Shown here one piece after another: positions 1-8,687 of a DNA stretch of 32,000 bases. The DNA comes from Ralstonia phage Heva. How positions within the stretch are numbered: position 1 is the stretch's first letter; each line of letters starts with the position of its first letter. Both the position numbers and the translations under genes were made by a program. The stretch lies in the sequence record MT740742.1. The stretch is one strand, 5' to 3'. The notes beneath the pieces were generated by a model, which had not been told where the DNA came from, ran no database searches, and saw only the letters and a list, made by a program, of their open reading frames with translations.

Positions 1-1677
1 CTGTCCAAGATTTACACCGGCTACAACCCGTCTTTCATCCTGCGCAACGCCGCGCGCGATGCGCTGACTGGCACGATCAACATGGTCGGCCACGAAGGCG
101 CGGGCGTCGCCGCGAAAGCCTGGGCGAAGTATCCCGGCGCGGTGAAGGCGCTGGGCCAGTGGGCCGCCACCGGAAACGCGCCGGTGGGCAAGACTGGCGA
201 GTACCTGAAGGAATACCGCATGCACGGCGGCAAAACGGGCGCGTCGTGGATGTCCGACCTGGAGGCCAAGGGCAAGGAGCTGTCGCGCATGTACGAGGAC
301 GCCTACGGCGCGAGCGGCTACCTGAAGGACGGCCAGAACCTGAAGGCGGCCAAGGTCGCCGGGCGCAAGATCGTCGGCGGCATGGCGCATGTGGTCGAGA
401 TCGCCAACCAAGCCACGGAGAACGCACTGCGCCTGTCGCTGTACATGACGCTGCGCGAGAGCGGTGCATCGCCGGGCAAGGCCGCCCAGGCCGCCAAGAG
501 CGTGACGGTGGACTTCGACCGCAAGGGCACGATGACGGGCGCGCTCGGCGCGGTCTACCTGTTCCTGAATCCGGCGGTGCAGGGCACGGCTAACGCCATG
601 CGCACGCTGGCGAGCGGCGAGCATCGCGGGCAGGCGTTCGCGGCGCTCGGCATGCTGGCGACGCTCGGCTTCTACGCGGCGGCGTCCGGCATGGACGACG
701 ACAAGGACCGCTGGCTGGGCGAGGGATGGGATGGCCGCACCAAGAACTTCGTGATGATGTTCGGCGACCACACGCTGAAGGTCCCGCTGTCGCAGGAGTT
801 CACGCCGGCCTATGCGTTCGGCGTGGCGCTCGCTGAGGCGATGCGCGGCGAGGGCGCGATGAAGTCGGCCGTCCGCATGGTCTCGTCGTTCCTGGATGCG
901 TATTTCCCGCTGAACGGCGCCTACAACCCGGACAGCGACGATCACTTGCTCGATGCGGCTCAGGCCGCTTCGCCGACGATCATCAAGCCGCTGGTTGAGA
1001 CCGCCGTGAACCGCAATCACTTCGGTAGCCCGATCGTGCCGGAGACACCCGCGACCAAGAGCCAGCCGGACAACCTGAAGATGTATCGGGGAACGAAGGG
1101 CACGGTGTACGACGCGCTGGCGCAGCAGATCGCAGCGGCGGGCGAGCTGACCGGCGCCGGCCGCTACGAGAACGACATCACCAAGATCAGCCCCGAGACG
1201 CTGAAAAGCGTCTGGCGCACGTACACCGGTGGCCTCGGCCAGTTCGTGGCCGACTCGATCGGTGCGGCCAGTCTCGCCACCGAGCCGGGCGAGATGAGCA
1301 GCAGCGACATCCCGATCGCAAAGGACTTTTGGCGCGCCCAGGACGTCAAGCCGATCCGCAGCCGGTACTACGATCTCGCGCGCGAGGCGAAGGAAGCAGC
1401 CACGGAATTCCAGCAGGCGAAGAAGGCCGGCGACGGCGAGGCGATCGACAGCATCTTCGCGCGGCCCGGCCAAGCCGAGTTGATCGCGCTCGACAAGATG
1501 TTCAAGAAGTCGAGCCACGCCGCCGCAGCGATCCGAGATGAGGAGGTGACGGTGAACGCCGACAAGTCTCTGTCGACGTCCGAGAAGCGCGACCGCCTGA
1601 AGGAGCTGGAGAATCAGGAGGAGTCGATCTACAGGGATGCGCTGGACGTCTTCAAGACTTCCATCCCTTCTAAGTAG
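1..1677 (+). CDS. C-terminal part of a large polyvalent protein (LPD38-like domain), 5' truncated by window edge
   Basis: Frame is open from base 1 (LSKIYTGYNPSFILRNAARDALTGTIN) into ORF 82..1677; the NPSFILRN motif and long helical region resemble C-termini of large phage virion proteins. Confidence 0.8.
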   Translation: MSKIYTGYNPSFILRNAARDALTGTINMVGHEGAGVAAKAWAKYPGAVKALGQWAATGNAPVGKTGEYLKEYRMHGGKTGASWMSDLEAKGKELSRMYEDAYGASGYLKDGQNLKAAKVAGRKIVGGMAHVVEIANQATENALRLSLYMTLRESGASPGKAAQAAKSVTVDFDRKGTMTGALGAVYLFLNPAVQGTANAMRTLASGEHRGQAFAALGMLATLGFYAAASGMDDDKDRWLGEGWDGRTKNFVMMFGDHTLKVPLSQEFTPAYAFGVALAEAMRGEGAMKSAVRMVSSFLDAYFPLNGAYNPDSDDHLLDAAQAASPTIIKPLVETAVNRNHFGSPIVPETPATKSQPDNLKMYRGTKGTVYDALAQQIAAAGELTGAGRYENDITKISPETLKSVWRTYTGGLGQFVADSIGAASLATEPGEMSSSDIPIAKDFWRAQDVKPIRSRYYDLAREAKEAATEFQQAKKAGDGEAIDSIFARPGQAELIALDKMFKKSSHAAAAIRDEEVTVNADKSLSTSEKRDRLKELENQEESIYRDALDVFKTSIPSK

Positions 1678-1976
1678 TGGGTTTTGTGTTGTAGATTGCT
1701 CGGAGGGAGAGGCTTAGCGAATGGCAAAGCTTCCCCATACCCAGAGCAGGGTGTAGAAAGCTTGCCATGTTTGCTCTGGCGGAGCCGGCTTGAGCATTCA
1801 GGCACCACAGTCGATCGACACCCGCTGTGGCTACTCCAGACTTCGACGACGGTGCGAGTCGTCCATCCCGGGCTCTAGAGCTTTCGCTTCCCACCCTTTG
1901 CGCTTGGGCCTTCCTGCGCTACGCCGCGTGCGGAACGTTTGGATACCGATAGCTTCCGCGACGGCTGGACGTGAAA

Positions 1977-2076
1977 AAGCCCGGTTATCAATTGTTGGGC
2001 GGGCCTTTGACGAGGCAACCGGCGCTTGCTCCACACAGCATTCCGATTACACCGCCCAACAATGGATACCGGGCTT
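1977..2076. repeat. Long imperfect inverted repeat (possible stem-loop RNA or terminator) in an apparently non-coding 475-bp gap
   Basis: AAGCCCGGTTATCAATTGTTGGGCGG (1977-2002) pairs with CCGCCCAACAATGGATACCGGGCTT (2052-2076). Confidence 0.6.
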
Positions 2077-2153
2077 GTACTGCCTTGTGGAGGTTGCGCC
2101 GGGTGTCAATCCAGCGCAATCATCATAGCACAAGAAATCGATGCGTGTGGATT

Positions 2154-2375
2154 TTATACGCAGTGCCCGCTGACAACCGCAGAACAGCCTTCGCCGTCAT
2201 AGGCAGTTGGGCGCGGGTTGTCATCGCGAAGAGCATGACAAAGCATGATGAAGAGCGCGGCCACGATGGCGAGCACGACGGTGATGTATGTCTTCGGGAA
2301 GTGTTCGCCGGCCCAGCTGTCGAATTGCGAGTAGCGCTCGGCGATCTTTTTGGCGATGTGCGAAAGCTTTTCCAT
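2154..2375 (-). CDS. Small single-TM hypothetical protein
   Basis: 73-aa ORF with one hydrophobic segment (YITVVLAIVAALFIMLC). Confidence 0.5.
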   Translation of the reverse strand: MEKLSHIAKKIAERYSQFDSWAGEHFPKTYITVVLAIVAALFIMLCHALRDDNPRPTAYDGEGCSAVVSGHCV

Positions 2376-2417
2376 GATCTTCGAATTTGTTGGTTGTGAG
2401 TTCGTATTCTAGGTGAA

Positions 2418-2729
2418 TTATTTCTTCCTGTGTCGAATTTTCTCCTCGTCGTCAAGCTGGCGCATGTAGGCGCGCACCTTGCGGAATCGTTCGATCTCGC
2501 GGGTGCACGCCGCATCCACGGCGGCGCGGATGAAGGCGGCCTTGGAGAAGATCAACTTGTTGTCGATCAGGTACTCCATTTGCAGGATCGTCGGCTCGGT
2601 GAAGCGCACATTGATGAAGACGTTGCGCGTCGGGTCGCCATGTGACCAGGGCGCTTCATCCTTGGCGGCCGTTGTCTTGGTCGCCGCGCGCCGCGCACGA
2701 TCGCCGCGCCGTGGTTTGGTGTTCGCCAT
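2418..2729 (-). CDS. Small basic hypothetical phage protein
   Basis: ORF track 2418..2918; internal start MANTKPRRG at 2729 chosen because the upstream extension overlaps the divergent intergenic region. Confidence 0.55.
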   Translation of the reverse strand: MANTKPRRGDRARRAATKTTAAKDEAPWSHGDPTRNVFINVRFTEPTILQMEYLIDNKLIFSKAAFIRAAVDAACTREIERFRKVRAYMRQLDDEEKIRHRKK

Positions 2730-2892
2730 GATGCCTCCGATGCGCGCCGCAATGAATCGGGCGCGCTCGCTATCGCTATAGGATTGGTGCGGATCGGTGC
2801 GATGCGATTTTGCGCATGCCTGTGCAGATAGCGGTTTGAAAATAGTTGCTTCGGTAATAAAATCGGACCAGCCGAAGCAGGAGATTTTGTCA

Positions 2893-3501
2893 ATGCCCCA
2901 AACTAGCAAGCAACTCACCGCCGACGACTATGCCCGCGCGGCTACCGCGCTAGGCGTGCCGGTCGCTGCCGTAAAGGCGGTGACGGAGGTGGAGAGCAAC
3001 GGCAAGGGCTTCCTGCCGGATGGCCGCCCACTGATCTTGTTCGAGCGCCACATCATGCGGCGCCAGCTCGTCGCGGCAGGTCACGCGATGGATGCCGCGC
3101 GCTACAACCTGACCGACCCTAACATCGTCAACTCGAAGCCCGGAGGCTACGTCGGTGGTGCTGGAGAATGGGATCGTCTGGCACGCGCGATCGAGATCAA
3201 CCGGCCGGCGGCACTGGAATCGGCGAGTTGGGGCCTGTTCCAGATCATGGGATTTCACTGGAAGCTGCTGGGCTTCGCGTCGGTGCAGGCGTTCGTCAAC
3301 GCCATGTACACGAGCGAGGGCGCGCAGCTCGACGCGTTCGTCGCCTTCGTGAAGGCCAACCCGAACCTGCTGCGCGCGCTCCGTGCCAAGAACTGGCCGG
3401 ACTTCGCGCGCGGCTACAACGGGCCGAACTTTGCGGCCAACAAATACGACGCCAAACTCGCCGCAGCCTACGCGTGTCACAGCAAAACGGGAGCCGCATG
3501 A
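2893..3501 (+). CDS. Endolysin, N-acetylmuramidase (DUF3380-like)
   Basis: AGGAG ribosome-binding site before ATG 2893; VKAVTEVESNGKGF, PLILFERHIMRR, SWGLFQIMGFHW and FVKANPNLLRAL motifs are typical of the family. Confidence 0.9.
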   Translation: MPQTSKQLTADDYARAATALGVPVAAVKAVTEVESNGKGFLPDGRPLILFERHIMRRQLVAAGHAMDAARYNLTDPNIVNSKPGGYVGGAGEWDRLARAIEINRPAALESASWGLFQIMGFHWKLLGFASVQAFVNAMYTSEGAQLDAFVAFVKANPNLLRALRAKNWPDFARGYNGPNFAANKYDAKLAAAYACHSKTGAA

Positions 3502-3728
3502 ACCTCATCGAAAACGCCGGCCAGTGGCACAAGCTCTGGTCGATCCGCTTTGCGCTGCTGAGCGCCATGCTCGCGGCGGCCGAGGCGGCCCTTCCCCTGT
3601 GGTCTGGCCTCGTGCCGCCGCACGTCTTCGCAACGCTCTCGACGCTGTGCGGCATCGCTTCGGCGGTGTCGCGCGTGGTGCAGCAGCCGGCGCTCCGGGC
3701 CGGCGTCGACGGCACCGACCCGCAGTGA
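3498..3728 (+). CDS. Holin-like membrane protein
   Basis: ATG overlaps the endolysin stop; two hydrophobic segments; lysis-cassette position. Confidence 0.6.
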   Translation: MNLIENAGQWHKLWSIRFALLSAMLAAAEAALPLWSGLVPPHVFATLSTLCGIASAVSRVVQQPALRAGVDGTDPQ

Positions 3729-3820
3729 AGATCGCCCGCCCATGCCTCACGGTCCTCGGCCGATCATCACGCCCCTTCTTCCTGGGGTGGTGATGCAACG
3801 GTCGACGACGAGGGTGGCAC

Positions 3821-4201
3821 ATGAACACGACGACATGGACAGAGATGAATCCGCCGGATAGCCAACTGTGGGGGTTGATCGGCGGCGCTGCTGGCGCGGT
3901 GGTCGCCGCGTTCGTCATGCTGCGCAAGTACCTGTCCCGCGATGCGGTCGATCGTGCTGGCGACGCCGCCGACATCGGCGCCATCAAGCGCCTGAACGAC
4001 CTCCTGGACGAGGAGCGCAAGGCGCGACGCGAGGCCGAAACGCGTGCCGACATGTTCGCCAAGGAGCGAAACGAAGCGATCATGCAGATCGGCGAGCTGA
4101 AAGGGCAGATCGCGGCGCTGACCATGCAGGTCGCGCTGCTGAACAGCAAGGTTGAGCAATATGCAAATCCCCAAGCTGCTGCGCCTCAAGAGCAATCTTG
4201 A
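3821..4201 (+). CDS. Membrane protein with N-terminal TM and coiled coil, possible holin
   Basis: 126 aa, TM LWGLIGGAAGAVVAAFVML; lysis cassette. Confidence 0.6.
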   Translation: MNTTTWTEMNPPDSQLWGLIGGAAGAVVAAFVMLRKYLSRDAVDRAGDAADIGAIKRLNDLLDEERKARREAETRADMFAKERNEAIMQIGELKGQIAALTMQVALLNSKVEQYANPQAAAPQEQS

Positions 4202-4580
4202 GCGCTTCTACGCCGAGCACCGGCGGTCGTTCAACGAGATCAAGGTGTGGTCGCTGATCATGCTGCTGGCGGTCAGCAGCGGATCGGTTGGCTACTACCT
4301 CGGCGACTTGCAGAATAACGTCGAGCTGGCTGCCACTCGCGCGCAGCACCAGCAAGACCTGGACCATCTGCGCGCCGCCTACGAGGCGGCCATGGCCGAG
4401 CGCGACGCGCGCCTTGACGAGCTTTCGCGGCAGGTGGCGCAGGCGGCCCGCGCCTCGCAGTACGCCGCCACGACGGCCGAGCGAGCCGCGACCGCGCCGA
4501 AATCCGAATCCCCGACGCGCCGCCCGCAGGGCGTGCCGTACCTGCCGCAACTGCCTCCGTCAATGCACAATGGTGGATGA
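4152..4580 (+). CDS. Single-TM coiled-coil membrane protein of the lysis cassette
   Basis: TM VWSLIMLLAVSSGSVGYYLG; overlaps neighbours on both sides; TTG at 4152 or ATG at 4161 could be the start. Confidence 0.6.
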   Translation: MSNMQIPKLLRLKSNLERFYAEHRRSFNEIKVWSLIMLLAVSSGSVGYYLGDLQNNVELAATRAQHQQDLDHLRAAYEAAMAERDARLDELSRQVAQAARASQYAATTAERAATAPKSESPTRRPQGVPYLPQLPPSMHNGG

Positions 4581-5113
4581 TGAACCTGATCAACTGGAAG
4601 GGCTACGCCATTGCCGCCGGCGCCGGCGCGCTGGTCGCCGCGATCCTGGCCGCCTGGGGCGCCTGGGCGATCCAGGCCAACCGGTACGATGTGCAGATCG
4701 CAGAGCTGAAGCGCGTGCACGCTGAGAAGTTGGGCGAGATCGCCGCGAAGGGCGCCGAGCAGGCCCGCGAGGCGCTGGATTGGAAAGACCGGGCAGAGAA
4801 GGCAACCGCCGCGATCGACGCCCAACAACAGGAGAATGATCGTGTCAAAGCTGAAAACGCTCGTCTTGCTGACGAGCTGCGCACTGGCGCTCGCCGCGTG
4901 TTCGTCCGTGCCAAGTGCCCCGCTGCCGGTGGTGGCGCAGTGCCCGGAGCCGCCGCCGCCGCCCGCGTGGACGATGAAGGCGCGCGAGCCGAACTTGACC
5001 CTGCGTTTGCGGGGTCTGTGGCAGGAATCGCCGACGACGGCGACGACGCCATCCGCGAACTGACCGCCTTGCAGGACTACGTGCGCAACGTCTGCTTGGC
5101 GCCACGCCACTAG
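4577..5113 (+). CDS. Rz: Rz-like inner-membrane spanin
   Basis: N-terminal TM (GYAIAAGAGALVAAILAAWGAWAI) followed by coiled coil; contains the nested Rz1 ORF. Confidence 0.75.
   Translation: MMNLINWKGYAIAAGAGALVAAILAAWGAWAIQANRYDVQIAELKRVHAEKLGEIAAKGAEQAREALDWKDRAEKATAAIDAQQQENDRVKAENARLADELRTGARRVFVRAKCPAAGGGAVPGAAAAARVDDEGARAELDPAFAGSVAGIADDGDDAIRELTALQDYVRNVCLAPRH
4842..5063 (+). CDS. Rz1: Rz1-like outer-membrane spanin lipoprotein, nested in the +1 frame of Rz
   Basis: KTLVLLTSCALALAACSSVPS lipobox (LAAC) and proline-rich PEPPPPP. GTG 4842 has GGAG 7 nt upstream; the ORF track start is ATG 4836. Confidence 0.8.
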   Translation: MSKLKTLVLLTSCALALAACSSVPSAPLPVVAQCPEPPPPPAWTMKAREPNLTLRLRGLWQESPTTATTPSAN

Positions 5114-5174
5114 CACATCCGCTATCGATCTCCTATTATGCGAACAACATTTAGGAGAATGACATGCGTCAATG

Positions 5175-6239
5175 TCAGACGCGCACCGGCATGATGATCG
5201 CCATGAACTCGTCTTCGGTGATCAGGAGGGAGGAGAGCTTTTCCGGCCATTGGAGCGTCACGGTCTCGCCGGAGAGCTGCTTGAGCGTGTTGCTCAGGTA
5301 CGCCGAGTTGATTCCGGCATCGAGCCGAATGCCCTTGGGGTTGATGGCGGGCACGGCCATCTCGAACTCGTCATCGCCGAGGTTTCTGACGACAATGCTA
5401 TCGTCGCGCCCAAACAAGAGGATCGACGGCATCAGCTTCGGGTTTGCGCGAGCGGAGAAGCCGCCACCGACCGACGCGGCGGACAGCAGCAGCGATCGGT
5501 CGAGCGTGACGGCGTTGCCACCGCCGTTGTGCACGACGCGGCGATAGTCGACGTAGCGTCCCATGAGGAGCTTCGTCACGATCTCGACGCCATCAGCGCG
5601 GGCCGAGATGAAATTCTCGTAGACGGTGTAGGTCGCGGGTCCGAGCTTCGACAGCATGCCGGCATGCGCCTCTGGCACTATCACGTCGAACTCCGGCGCC
5701 TCGGCCGCCGTGCGCACCAGCGCGAGGGCGTACCCATTCGTCGCCACCGCGACCAGCTCCGTGCCGGTGGATTCGAGATAGACGCCGTTCAGGTAGGTGC
5801 GGATGTCTTTGTCGGGCGCGAGATACGCAACGCGGTCGATCGCGCCGGCGATCCAATCGGAATCGAACTCGACCAGGGCATCGCCTTCCACTGCCATCAG
5901 CGGCATGTCGGCGCCCGGCTGGGCCGGCGGGTTCAGGTTGGAGCTGCCGGTCTTGATGTTGGCCTTGTCGCCGGTGGCCTTGATCGTGATGGTCGGGCCG
6001 GCGATCTTCATGGCTGCCTGGAGCCGATCGAGCGGGATGCACACATCGATGTCGAGCTTCTTGCCTTGCGGCTCGATCTCGGCAGTGATCTGCGCCTCCG
6101 TGTTGGTGCCGATCAGGCGCGCGCCGTGCTCGTCCGCCTGCACGCGAACCATGCCCAGCACCGGGATGGTGCTGCGCTGGATCACGCGCGAGACGGTGGA
6201 CAGCGCGCGCTCGAAGTCTTTGGTGTCGAAGGAAATCAT
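5175..6239 (-). CDS. dnaN: DNA polymerase III beta sliding clamp homologue, phage-encoded
   Basis: 354 aa; STVSRVIQRSTIPVLGMVRV, YVDYRRVVHN, terminal LLITEDEFMAIIMPVRV resembling clamp C-termini. Confidence 0.85.
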   Translation of the reverse strand: MISFDTKDFERALSTVSRVIQRSTIPVLGMVRVQADEHGARLIGTNTEAQITAEIEPQGKKLDIDVCIPLDRLQAAMKIAGPTITIKATGDKANIKTGSSNLNPPAQPGADMPLMAVEGDALVEFDSDWIAGAIDRVAYLAPDKDIRTYLNGVYLESTGTELVAVATNGYALALVRTAAEAPEFDVIVPEAHAGMLSKLGPATYTVYENFISARADGVEIVTKLLMGRYVDYRRVVHNGGGNAVTLDRSLLLSAASVGGGFSARANPKLMPSILLFGRDDSIVVRNLGDDEFEMAVPAINPKGIRLDAGINSAYLSNTLKQLSGETVTLQWPEKLSSLLITEDEFMAIIMPVRV

Positions 6240-6263
6240 GATGGTTGTGGGAAAAGGGATTGG

Positions 6264-6500
6264 TCAGGCAGCGGCGTTCTCGCCGGCCGCGTCCGTGGCG
6301 CCCGCCGGCGCCGTGCCGCCCTGGAGGCAGCGCTCCTCGTATGAGCGTACGTCCTCTTCTCTGTAGCGGATGGTGTTCTTGCCGATCACGATCCAGGCGG
6401 GGCCGGTCTTCTGCCGGCGCCACTTCTGGAGCGTGCGCTCCGTCACGCCGAAGCGCTTGGCAAGGTCGGTTTCGGTCAGGTGGTGGCCCATGCCCGTCAC
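6264..6500 (-). CDS. HTH/excisionase-like DNA-binding protein
   Basis: LTETDLAKRFGVTERTLQKWRRQKTGPAWIVIGKNTIRYREEDVRSYE is MerR/Xis-like HTH; GTG at 6500 overlaps the recT stop. Confidence 0.75.
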   Translation of the reverse strand: MTGMGHHLTETDLAKRFGVTERTLQKWRRQKTGPAWIVIGKNTIRYREEDVRSYEERCLQGGTAPAGATDAAGENAAA

Positions 6501-7462
6501 TCCGCTGCCTGGGCCTGGGCCTGGGCGTCGGCTGCCGGCTGGCGCGCGGCTTCCTGCTTGGCCTTGTTGACGATGCCGCCGAAGCGGGAAGGGCGGCGCG
6601 CTTCCTGTTCGGCGCGGCCGTCCGTCAGGGCCGCCGGCGCCGCGCCTGCTGCGGCCGCCGTGGCGCCCAGGTCGAGCACTTCGCCGCGCTGGTTGAAGCC
6701 ATCGTAGTCCTCGTTGTCGTGGCCGATCGCGCTCTCCAGGCGCTTCGAGCTGTTGGGCAGCAACTTCGCGGCGCGCTTGATGACGGACTTGATCGCCATC
6801 TGGTCGTACCACTTCGACCACGGGCTGTTTGCTCCATCGCCGGACTTCGACGCGCCGCGCACCTTCTCGATGTCACGGCGCGGCATGACCTCGCGGTGCA
6901 CTTCCCCGTTGGTGAAGCGCACGACGATGTAGGCCGCGACGATCTTGCCGGGGTCGTCCTCGCCCAGGTAGGGCTCGTGCTCCAGGCGCGGATCGTCGCC
7001 GCGCACGAACCGGAACTGGTCGCGCTCGTACACGGCAGCGGCGTCGACATGGCCGATCTCGCCGGAGTTGCGGATCAGCTTCAGCAGGCCGCGCACCATG
7101 GGCAGGTACTGCACGGTCGGCACCCACTTATCGACCTGCCGATTGCCTTCCCACACCTTGGTCTTGGTGTTGTAGACGTTCAGCACGGCCTCGCGTCCGT
7201 CCGGCAGGAGGCCGTCCTGGGCGGCCTTCATGCAGGCGAGGAACAGGGATTGCCGGTCAGCGTCGAGCAGATCGGGGTTCACCTGCACGGCGGTCAGTGC
7301 CGTGCGGATGAAGCGCTCCGCCGGGATGTCCTCCGGCAGGGCCTTGCCGATCTCCTGCTTCTGCCGATCCAGGGTGGTGCGGATGTGGGCCAGCTCGCGC
7401 TGGCGCCACTCGGCCTCAGTCATCGGCTGTTGTTGTTGGGTCTGATTGGTCATGATGCTCAC
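6497..7462 (-). CDS. recT: RecT-family single-strand annealing protein
   Basis: FIRTALTAVQVNPDLLDADRQSLFLACMKAAQDGLLPDGREA and PMVRGLLKLIRNSGEI, characteristic of RecT. Confidence 0.93.
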   Translation of the reverse strand: MSIMTNQTQQQQPMTEAEWRQRELAHIRTTLDRQKQEIGKALPEDIPAERFIRTALTAVQVNPDLLDADRQSLFLACMKAAQDGLLPDGREAVLNVYNTKTKVWEGNRQVDKWVPTVQYLPMVRGLLKLIRNSGEIGHVDAAAVYERDQFRFVRGDDPRLEHEPYLGEDDPGKIVAAYIVVRFTNGEVHREVMPRRDIEKVRGASKSGDGANSPWSKWYDQMAIKSVIKRAAKLLPNSSKRLESAIGHDNEDYDGFNQRGEVLDLGATAAAAGAAPAALTDGRAEQEARRPSRFGGIVNKAKQEAARQPAADAQAQAQAAE

Positions 7463-7491
7463 TCAATCGGTATGGTGCGGGATGGTGCGGC

Positions 7492-8520
7492 TCACGCAGC
7501 CTTGTCGGGCGTGATTCGGACGTTTCTAAAAGGCGCCACCGTGGCCTCGATCGTCGCGGCCGGGATATCGCTCACGCTGATGGTGTAGCGCTTGCTGGCG
7601 GCCCGATCGTAGACGCGGTAGCTCTCCTTGTTGGTGCCCGCCGAGATGTTGAAGCCGTCAGCGCGGATGCTCTTGGCGTGCTCGATGATCGCGATGATCT
7701 CGGCCTGCGCCGCCTTCTTCCGGCCCTCGGCCGCTTTCTCCTCGGCGCCGGCGGCCTTGTACGCTGCGCACAGCTCGGCAAGGCGCGGCTCGTCGGACAG
7801 GTCGACGCTGCTGCCGTCGTTGTCGCGGTAGAGCTGCTTGATCGTGTCGCCGTCGCGGGTGTAGTCCGGCTCGGGCGCGGCGCCGGCGTCGACGCGCATC
7901 CAGAACTGCGCCACCTTCTCGCGGATCAGCGCGCCGACTTCGGTATCGCGCTCGCGCAACGAAACCTTGGGCGTGTTGCCGCCAACCAACGGGGCAATCA
8001 TCGACCAGCCCAGGTCAGCGACTTCGAGCTGGGCCTGAGCTTGAAACTCAATCTGCGGGGGCGCTTCAATCTCATCGCCGTCGTCGATCCAGTTGCGTCG
8101 GAATTGCAAGCCGTCGACGTTCTTGATCTCCATGATTCCGTCGCCGTGGCGCTCGAACATGCGGCGGGCTTCGTTGGACGGGTGGCCGGCAACCGTGCCG
8201 ATGATCCTGAAGTCGAACGACGCGCCCATGCGCAGCGCCGGGATGCGCATGTACGTCTTGAACGGCTCGACGATCAGGCCGTAGTCCTCGGCGATGCCGG
8301 CGGCGATGGCGCTTTCCAGGCGCTTGCCCCAGGTCATGCGCTCGTTTTCCTTGAACTCGGCCACGATGCGCTTGGTCTTGCGCATGAACAGCTCGTATTC
8401 GGTGGAGTATGGCGAGCAGCCGAACAGCGCAGCAACTTCCGTGCTGGTCAAATCCTGCGCTCGCATCGCAAGCCATTCCGCTTCGCTTGCCGGGGTAAGT
8501 GTAACTCGCTCAATGCTCAT
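7492..8520 (-). CDS. YqaJ-like phage recombination exonuclease
   Basis: WLAMRAQDLTSTEVAALFGCSPY, GASFDFRI, MEIKNVDG; operonic with recT. Confidence 0.88.
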   Translation of the reverse strand: MSIERVTLTPASEAEWLAMRAQDLTSTEVAALFGCSPYSTEYELFMRKTKRIVAEFKENERMTWGKRLESAIAAGIAEDYGLIVEPFKTYMRIPALRMGASFDFRIIGTVAGHPSNEARRMFERHGDGIMEIKNVDGLQFRRNWIDDGDEIEAPPQIEFQAQAQLEVADLGWSMIAPLVGGNTPKVSLRERDTEVGALIREKVAQFWMRVDAGAAPEPDYTRDGDTIKQLYRDNDGSSVDLSDEPRLAELCAAYKAAGAEEKAAEGRKKAAQAEIIAIIEHAKSIRADGFNISAGTNKESYRVYDRAASKRYTISVSDIPAATIEATVAPFRNVRITPDKAA

Positions 8521-8559
8521 CGTGTTATCTCCATGCGCCACCCTATGCGGCGTGCATGC

Positions 8560-8599
8560 AGAATAGCACCAGTTGTACGAAAATCAAACCGTTTTTCGT
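8560..8599 (-). promoter_or_regulatory. Candidate promoter with overlapping operator for the exo-recT-clamp operon
   Basis: Minus-strand TTGATT (8587-8582), 16-nt spacer, TATTCT (8565-8560); the -35 lies within the inverted repeat ACGAAAA-N9-TTTTCGT (8577-8599). Confidence 0.45.
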
Positions 8600-8687
8600 T
8601 GATGTTCGCAAAAAGTGCAATGCAGTTGTGCGGCGGCGACAACGGCATCGGTCATCATGGGCTGAATGAGGCTAGAATTCCCCATCA

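Noticed and set aside
1790-2399. ORFs 1790..2128 and 1971..2399 plus
   Set aside because: No recognisable domain, Arg/Pro-rich, and overlap a long inverted repeat; more consistent with non-coding DNA.
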